Shown: in pieces, positions 47,827 through 55,679 of the stretch
Numbering within the stretch: the first letter of the stretch is position 1
Layout: each line of letters starts with the position of its first letter
From: Octopus bimaculoides
Taxonomy: Eukaryota
Assembly (NCBI RefSeq): GCF_001194135.2
Contig: NC_068981.1
Location: 134,524,665 to 134,580,343 of the forward strand
Length of the DNA: 55,679 nt
Reading direction: 5' to 3'
Position numbers and translations under genes: made by a program
Notes under the pieces: model-generated
What the model was told of the DNA's origin: nothing
The model's input: only the letters and a program-made list of their open reading frames with translations
The model's database searches: none

Positions 47827-49146
47827 CAATAGAATTCATTTGGTCTTACTAAATAAGGTCTTTGGAGATTCAACCTTTGGAGATTTTGTAAAGAAAACCC
47901 ATCATTGATACCAAATGAATCATTAGTTTTGAGTGTAATTACTCCCTCATCAGTTTTTCCATGATTGACTCAGGTAGCTCATTATATATGTAGCTACTAC
48001 AATATGTATATTTGTCAGCAGAATGTGGTGTGTGGTCTAGTGGTTAGCTTGTTGAGTTCTTGATTATATGGTGATTACATTCAATTACTGATCTAGGTGA
48101 TGTGTCTTTGTGCAAGGTGCTTCTCTTCATGTTGCTCCAGACATCAGCTGAAAATGAGCACCAGCAGACTTCTGGTGCAGCCCTTTTTTACTCAAGCTGT
48201 CACATCCTCAATGTTCCACTGGGTCATGGATGAAAGGACTAAGTGTGTCTTTATCTACTTGCGACTGCATAGGAACCTAAAACAATTAGTGAAAACATGG
48301 CACATGCTACTAGGTCATACTTGTATGCTAGCTATGGTTTGATTTTGGTAGTTTAATATTAAACTACTGATGTAGAATCCTATATTTCATAAACACTTAA
48401 AATAGTTATGAACCAAGAAAGACTTCACATAATCACTAAACCTGCTAGCAGTAACAGCCAGTTCTACCACCCTTATTCAAATTCATGCCATTGGCCTATT
48501 TGAGTTATTCTCTTCAACTCATTACTTTTTAATTATGCCAATTATACTGATCAAAAATTATTTGAGTATACTTATATTAAGTTGATGAGGTTGAATATAC
48601 TGAAACTTGTACATAGTTGTCTCCCTTGAAAACGAACATGTAAATTAATTTTGAGAGATTAATTCTTAGCTTCTTGAAATTATCTTTGAGACTTTGAGAC
48701 TTACTAACAATTGCTGCTATGTTTTTGTTATTTTTTTTCTCCAAGAAATAAATACTATTCAAGTTTTTGCATACAGCATTCAGTATATCATACTTTAAAT
48801 TCATCATTCTCATCATCATAATTTCAATGTCCTCTTTGCTATGTTTGCATGAAACCAATGGAATTCATTGAGGCAAATTTTCTATGACTTGATGTCAATC
48901 CTGTCATCAACCCATACCTATTTCCAAGCAAGATAGTATTTCCCCAAGTCCTTCAAACATGGCCAGCATATTGGTTGGGCATGTGCCCATGGAAGATTGC
49001 AAATAAATGACACAGCTTGTATAACAGTGATATTTGTTTACAATAAGCACACAAAAGGAAGTGCTTACACACACATATATAGATAGACAATGGGCTTCTT
49101 TCAGTTTCTATCTACCGTATATACTCACAACACTTTGCATAGCCTA

Positions 49147-49249
49147 GAAGATGCCATACTCACTGAAGATGCCATACTCACTGAAGATGCCATACTCACT
49201 GAAGATGCCATACTCACTGAAGATGCCATACTCACTGAAGATGCCATAC
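49147..49249. repeat. 18-bp tandem repeat (GAAGATGCCATACTCACT x5.7) inside a minus-strand SINE A copy (~49085-49310)
   Basis: Units start at 49147, 49165, 49183, 49201, 49219 and 49237; all complete units are identical. Confidence 0.95.
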
Positions 49250-49951
49250 AGTGGCACTGAATCCAAAACCACATGGTTCCAAGGCAAAATTTTTAACTTC
49301 TCATCCATGCTTTTGTCTTTCCACATCCATTTCATTGACCCATTTGAGTTACTCCCCTTAGTTCATTTTACTTTCTTTTTTAAGTTTCATTGATGTTTTT
49401 TTTATTTAAATTTAAGTCAATAAAAACTTAAAATACACCAAAATAGAAAGCAGACAGAAGCAAGTTTTTGGTACATATAGTGTTAACTTTATTGATTTTA
49501 AGATTAAGATATTGATAGTTTAAGCAGCAATAAATTATAAAGTGCTGCCATATTGGTGAAGACCATTCTCTGTGCATGTGTGTGTGTGTGTGTGTGTGTG
49601 TGATTTATTTATATTTTTCATGTTGTTTTCTGCTATTTGTCAATAAAAGATTAAATAGATGGCTCTTCTTACTTTTGACTTTTAGATGAATTTTTACTAA
49701 ATTTCTTAATATTTTATTGAACATTATTTTGGTGTAAATCTGACTGGAGGGGTTTTTATTTATTTGTTTATTTATCTATTTATTTATTTATGCTCAAATG
49801 ATTGCATGTTTTGCTGTTATTGATTATATTCCATAGTTATTAGCTGAATTGCGTTGCACAATACTAGAGTGATGTTGTGACAAACATCTAGTCAGCTCTC
49901 TGTCTCAATAAATACATGTAGTCAAAATTAGGTCTTGTATATGATATTGAA

Positions 49952-50465
49952 TGAAGGCACATGGCCTAGTGGTTAGGCTGTTGCACTCATGATTGTTAGA
50001 TCATAGGTTCAATTCCCAGATTAGGTGGCATTTTGTGTTCTTGAGCAAAGCACTTCATTTGACTTTTCTCCAGTCCCCTTTCGACCAGTGGGGAATGTTG
50101 GCCTGCTCACCTAGACTGCAAAGTAGCATCATTTGGTGGCTAAAATGATGCAAAGTGCAATGTGACCAGTGATGTATCACAACATCTGATAGTGTGGTCG
50201 GTCACGTGATCACGTGGTATAATATTGAAGACGCGTGGTGTAGTGGTTAGGGTATTGCACTCACAATCACAAAATTGTGGTTTCAATTCCTGGACCAAGC
50301 AGTGTGATTTGTTTGAGAGTAAAATGCTTCATTTCACATTGCTCCAGTCTCCTCAGCTGTGAGTAACTCTACCATGGACTGGTGTCCCATTCAGGGGGAT
50401 TGTTGTGATCTTGGTCCCTTATGCACCATGGAAACTGAGTAACTGATGCTATGAGTCCCAGGGCT
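49952..50465 (+). mobile_element. Two tandem SINE C copies with different tails
   Basis: Heads at about 49952 (TGAAGGCACATGGCCTAGTGG) and 50228 (GAAGACGCGTGGTGTAGTGG). Confidence 0.85.
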
Positions 50466-51039
50466 CATAGTAGTAATGACTAGTGGGTGTTGATATATTA
50501 TTGACTATAAGTGACATTTACAACAATGACAGCCCCTACCACTACTGCTGCAAGTATCCCCACTTCTAAAGGAAGTAGGTGAGAATTCTTGGTTGAAAGC
50601 TGATGGATTTAAATTCTCATTATTGGAATAGAATATGGAAGATAGTTTTGTTACACGTCTTGCATCTCAGAGTTGGCTTCACTTCCGTGTAATCTTGAGT
50701 TCTGTCTCACTATGTGGCACCTTATGCAAATTTCCATTGCCACAGAGGGGAATGGCTAGATGGAAATTGTATGGAAACCCATCATGCATAATTACATACA
50801 TGTGTGTGTGTGTGTGTGTGTGTGTATTCGCATCGGCATGCATATGGGTGTTTGTGTGGATGTTTGCATTCTTTGTGTGAAAGCTTCGAACAAAAGAAGG
50901 ATTTTATGTTATGTTGGTATTCCCTATCAACAAATTATTCTGTAGCTCTGCACTTTTGGCAAATGAAATAAAAAGAAAAATCCCATACTTATAACTATCA
51001 CTCCATCAATCACAATGACAAGTTTTCCTGTTGATCCAA

Positions 51040-51305
51040 TCAATGGAGCAGCCTGCTCATGAAATGAACATGCTAGTGGCTGTGCACTCCACAGATATAT
51101 GTACCCTTAACGTAGTGCTCAAAGAGATGTAGCATGAAAGATGAAACAGAATGTGACAAGGCTGGAAATTTGAATTACAGATACATCTCCTTTTTGGAAG
51201 CTGAGTGGATTGGAGCAACATAAAATAAAGCATCTTGTTCGAAGTAATTGAACCCACAGCCTTACAATCATGAACTGAGTACCCCTTAACCACTTAGCCC
51301 ACATG
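51040..51305 (-). mobile_element. SINE C variant
   Basis: GCTGAGTGGATTGGAGCAACAT.AAATAAAGCATCTTG...TTAACCACTTAGCCCACATGC. Confidence 0.75.
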
Positions 51306-51917
51306 CTTAATCCCATTCTTGTAAAACAGGTCAAGGCTAGCAACAAGGACATCTCACTGTAAAACAGTACTTCAGTTATAAGTAATTGTCCAATAAACAC
51401 AGAAAAATGCATGTAAAATGAGCAAACAAAACAAATACATAAACAAAACTTCTACAGATGATTATCTTGAATGTGAATCCAGCTGTGAATAGCTAGCTTG
51501 TTATAACATAGGGTTAAAGATCCCTTGTATGGAAAAAAAAATGTCAAAAACCACCTGTGGGTCTCAAAGACATATCTGTAACCCAGACATTCATGATACT
51601 ATTACACTAACTGACTCATTGACTATCAGTTGTTCATATTAAGTGTTTTATTCAAATATGGATGGTTGAGAGTCGGTGAGTCACTTTTAATGATATTATG
51701 AGTATCAGGGTTACTATAGGCATGTGATTCTGTTCCCATGGGTTTCCTCTATATTTTTCATTCAAAGAGTTTTTAACTATGTATTATGAGCTTTTGTGTT
51801 ATGAGCTTTTATTTATAGCTGGATTTGCATTCAAAATACATAATTTAAAGAAGACTTATTTACATATTTTCTTAATACTTTTATATTCTCATTCTAAATA
51901 TAAACATACGCAATATA

Positions 51918-52372
51918 GGCACAGGAGTGGTAAGTAGCTTGCTTACCATCCACATGGTTCCAGGTTCAGTCCCACTGCATAGCACCTTGGGAAAGTGTTT
52001 TCTATTATAACTTCGGGCCGACCAAGACCTTGTAAGTGGATTTGGTAGACAGAAACTGAAAGAAGCCCATCGTGTGTGTGTGTGTGTGTGTGTTTGTATA
52101 TTTTTGTGTCTGTGTTTGTTNNNNNNNNNNTGTGTGTGTGTGTGTGTTTGTATATTTTTGTGTCTGTGTTTGTTCCCCCCCCCCCCATCATCGCTTGACA
52201 ACCGATGTTGGTGTTTTACGTCCCCATAACTTAGCAGTTTGTTCAGCAAAAGACACCGATAGAATAAGTACTAGGCTTACAAAGAATAAGTCCTGGGGTT
52301 GATTTGCTCAATTAAAATGGTGGTGCTCCAGTATGGCCACAGTCAAATGACTGAAACAAGTAAAAGAAAAGA
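51918..52372 (+). mobile_element. SINE A1, full length (contains the 10-N gap)
   Basis: Homologous end to end with 18610-18990. Confidence 0.9.
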
Positions 52373-52940
52373 ATAAAATATATACATTGAATTTTATAGT
52401 GTTGTAATCTAAGAGAAAGGGGAATGAGCTTGTATTTAATATGGACCTATGAAGAAAGAGCTATTTCAGAAATATGGAAAGTTGTGCTCATGTAGTTTCT
52501 TTGAGTTAATGCAAAATGAAACAGGCAAATTTGGATGACTTTTTGAAACTTCAAAAATGAGTACACAAATTAATATTTGAATTACGTACCAAAGCTGGGT
52601 TTTTTTTAATTTAAAAAAAAATTTTTTCTTTTATTTAATTTTTTTTTTTTTGCTGAATGGTTTTGTCAGATGTGTGATTGAATGTCTTTGAATATGTTCC
52701 ATAATATGTAGAAATGATCAAGAAATATTCTTTATTAAATTCATATTTTTGTTGAAAACGTGATTTCATGGAAAGTTCACTGGAAACAGTAAAGTTGTAT
52801 TTATATGGGAGAAAATTACTTCTTATAAACAATTACACCATGGAAGTGTATTTTGTTTTTATATTTGGTTTGCAATATTCTTGAGATGAACTTGTCTATT
52901 GAAACAGATTTCATTGCATCATGGGAGGGTCATTATGCCA

Positions 52941-53258
52941 ATAATAAACACATGCACTGGCACACTTTCACTTCTTTATTATTAGTCTTGGTTAATCAAT
53001 TTAACAAATTAACTAATTAATTGTTTGATTAATTATTTGGTTAATCAATTAGTTGGTTGTGTTTGGCGAAGTCCTTCCATTACCATTTGCAACCACTTTA
53101 AGGACATGCCTTCCAGTGACAGCTTCATGTCTTTGGCAAACATATCTGATTGCTTGATTAACTTAATGATTAATCAAACAATCTATTAGTTAGTTAAAAA
53201 GCTAACAAATCTATGAATAATAAAGAAGTGAAATTGAACCAGTGCATGTGTTTATTAT
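52941..53258. mobile_element. Fold-back MITE-like element with 43-bp TIRs
   Basis: ATAATAAACACATGCACTGG(CACAC)TTTCACTTCTTTATTATT versus reverse complement ...CTGG(TTCAA)TTTCAC...; inner inverted segments are also present. Confidence 0.85.
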
Positions 53259-53829
53259 AAGTCTTCTGCAAATAACATTTAGTTAGTATCATTTGTCTTT
53301 GGAATAGTGCAGATGATTCTGTTTTATGATGACTGTGTAAGCTAAAGAGATTATTTCCAAGAATGAAAAGTTAATGGCATTCATAATCACTAATTTTTGA
53401 TATTCTATCAATTTAATTTTCAATCTTTTGATTTTAGAGATTACAATAACTCTCCAATTGAGAATTATAAGCTTCCACACCTGGTATTCATGAAGGAGGT
53501 GCCATCCTGCTTTTTATTTACGTTTATATTTAGTATTTTAGTCTTAGGATCTTTTGGCGCTTTTGTATATAAATTCCATTCTAATATTAACTGATTCTTC
53601 ATGTTTGACGATATTCTGTAAAATAATTTATTGTTGTAAATATGGCTATGCAATTGCTGAATTGTTTAACTTACGGTTCATACATCACACGTTCAGCAAC
53701 AAAATTCATTTTCCCACTTAATTCATGGAATATAAATAGCGCTCTCTCTCTCTCTCTCCCCTTCTTCTTCACTCTACACTTACGAATCTGTCTCGCAATC
53801 CTTTCCTGTGGCATTCTAATCTCATATCC

Positions 53830-54090
53830 ATAGTCCCAGAGCTGTGATTAGAATGTCAGGAAAAAATCGCAAGATGGATTCTTCAAGCTGAGCCATCTGG
53901 TGGGAGACCTAGCAGTAGACCAAGAACCCAGATGGTTGGATAATATCCATAGTCTCAGTTGGTCATACTTGGGAATCCAAACAGAAAGTGTAATGATGGT
54001 AGGACCCTATAGAGGAGGTGCCTGAGAACTTTACCCTCACAAACCTCCAACAAATAGTAAGCAAATAAAAAGGATGGATGGAAGGCTTCG
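53830..54090 (+). mobile_element. RTE-type LINE 3-prime ORF remnant
   Basis: EKIARWILQAEPSGGRPSSRPRT(fs)RWLDNIHSLSWSYLGI resembles G.RP.GRPRTRW.D.I..L.WS.LGI. Confidence 0.65.
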
Positions 54091-54227
54091 TAAAAGAATA
54101 CTTGACATTAGGAACATGTTACACTTAAGAATATATGAATATCTCTAAAAATCTAAAATCGTATTAGTGTGTGTGAGTATTTGAGAGAGAGAGAGAGGCA
54201 AGGCAGTCAAAAGAGAGAGAGAATTGA

Positions 54228-54430
54228 TTATCATCATCATCATCGTTTAACGTCCGCTTTCCATGCTAGCATGGGTTAGACGATTTGACTGAGGACTGGT
54301 GGACCAGGAGGCGACACCAGGCTCCAATCTGATTTGGCAGAGTTTCTACAGCTCGATGCCCTTCCTAACGCCAACCAGTCCGAGAGTGTAGTGGGTGCTT
54401 TTACGTGCCACCGGCACGAGGGCCAGTCAG
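54228..54430 (-). mobile_element. SINE D 3-prime part, young
   Basis: (CAT)nCGTTTAACGTCCGCTTTCCATGCTAGC... with CpGs intact. Confidence 0.9.
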
Positions 54431-54744
54431 ATTATGTTTAGGGTTATTTTTTTCAGCCCATCAATGCTTTTGGTTACATGTTGACACTGAGTAGATAGTT
54501 TTATTTGATGTAGATGTGAAAAAAAACAATGCTATTTTGTGTCTTGACAAGCTTATGTGATTTCCAGTTCAGGTTAAGTCTAACATCAAAAGTTCACTTC
54601 AACCATCGTCACCGAACTAAATTTGTTAAATGTTATAGTTGTTCCTCAAAGGTTTTCACTGTATGCTTGCTCATGCTGTTAGGAATCATAAGCGCATTGT
54701 TCTTGGACAGGCAAAGTTACCTTCTTGAGTTATGCTGACTCATA

Positions 54745-54962
54745 AGGGCTGGTTTTCCAGGTTCCATAGTGCATAAATTCTCTACCTGGACAGATGATGG
54801 TCCATCACAGGATTACTCATTTTTGCTAGTTGAGTGGACTGGAACAACATGAAATGAAGTGTTTTGCTCAACAACACAACACATCACCCAGTCCAGGAAT
54901 CAAAACCACAATCTTATGTTCATGAGTCCAACACTCTAACCACTAAACCACGTGTCTCCACA
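54745..54962 (-). mobile_element. SINE C
   Basis: CTCTAACCACTAAACCACGTGTCTCCAC end (reverse-complement head); core GCTAGTTGAGTGGACTGGAACAAC. Confidence 0.8.
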
Positions 54963-54989
54963 TTCTTGGACAGCCCATGTTAATACCAT

Positions 54990-55170
54990 CAAATGTTACT
55001 GTTGCTTTCTTGCAAGAATAAGACTCATTGCAATCCTCTCATTGCTTACCTTGAGCAGTGTTTCCTACCAGAGAGTCAAGAGTTGCTTCTGGAAAGAACA
55101 TAGACCAATAACATGATGTTTGCTGCTAGACAGCTTCAAGAGAATTGCATCATGCAATCTATTCATCATT
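54990..55170 (+). mobile_element. RTE/BovB-like RT-domain remnant
   Basis: LEQCFLPESQ...NMMFAARQLQENC matches LPESQCGFR..DMIFAARQLQEKC. Confidence 0.75.
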
Positions 55171-55374
55171 CAGAGAGGGAATCTCTTTGTTACCAGCCAG
55201 GCTAATAGCTCCCCTCTTCTAATTTTGGCCACTATACTTTCAGTACACCTTCCCACACTGCGAATTGAATTACTATCAGTGTGTAACTATTGAATCTGTT
55301 TAAGATTTTTTTCATACCTTAACCCTCATCTGCTAGCATAAATTCATTCTCCCCTGCTCCTTGGGTTTCATAGT

Positions 55375-55568
55375 CCTGTGAGCTGCATGACAACCTCACT
55401 AGTACCAGTGGTGCAAGAAAAAAGTAGCCAGTTCACACTTGTAAAGTGGTTGGCATCATGAAGGGCATTCAGCTGTAGAAACCATACCAAAGCAGACAGT
55501 AGAGCATGATCCTATTAAACTATTCCACCCATGCCAGCATGGAGCATGGATGTTAAATGATGATGATT
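55375..55568 (+). mobile_element. SINE D tail
   Basis: GAAGGGCATTCAGCTGTAGAAACC...GATGTTAAATGATGATGAT. Confidence 0.78.
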
Positions 55569-55632
55569 TCAAGCAATTTGCCAGATATTAACTGATGATG
55601 TGAGTGAAGTAATTATCTGTCAGCTGCCTGTT

Positions 55633-55679
<47 letters not shown>

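Noticed and set aside
52074-52172. Direct duplication flanking the 10-N gap
   Set aside because: Typical unmerged contig overlap; assembly artefact. The ORFs spanning it are spurious.

Overview
AT-rich, CpG-depleted, intron-like eukaryotic DNA. The repeat content matches what I recall of Octopus: tRNA-headed SINEs with interchangeable tails, RTE-type (ATG)n tails, MITEs and (TA)/(CA) microsatellites. Species assignment is by recollection, not by database search. The window starts and ends in (TA)n and has four N gaps, so it is probably a whole short scaffold from a short-read assembly. No long intact ORF, rRNA, true tRNA or CRISPR array is visible; most listed ORFs come from microsatellites, SINEs or N runs. 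Best-supported features are dozens of SINE copies (working labels A1, A2, B, C, D), several MITEs with verifiable TIRs/TSDs, and decayed LINE fragments (RTE/BovB-like, Hero/R2-like). Low-confidence signals of hidden spliced genes exist: minus-strand exons at 9846-9894, 4415-4480 and about 2118/2109 that join in frame, and plus-strand exons at 19614-19667 and 26220-26291. There is also an isolated CpG-rich promoter-like block at 47290-47460 and several fold-back structures that could form dsRNA. I see no clear novel system; the hidden exons, the CpG block and the fold-backs are the best leads. SINE boundaries are approximate.
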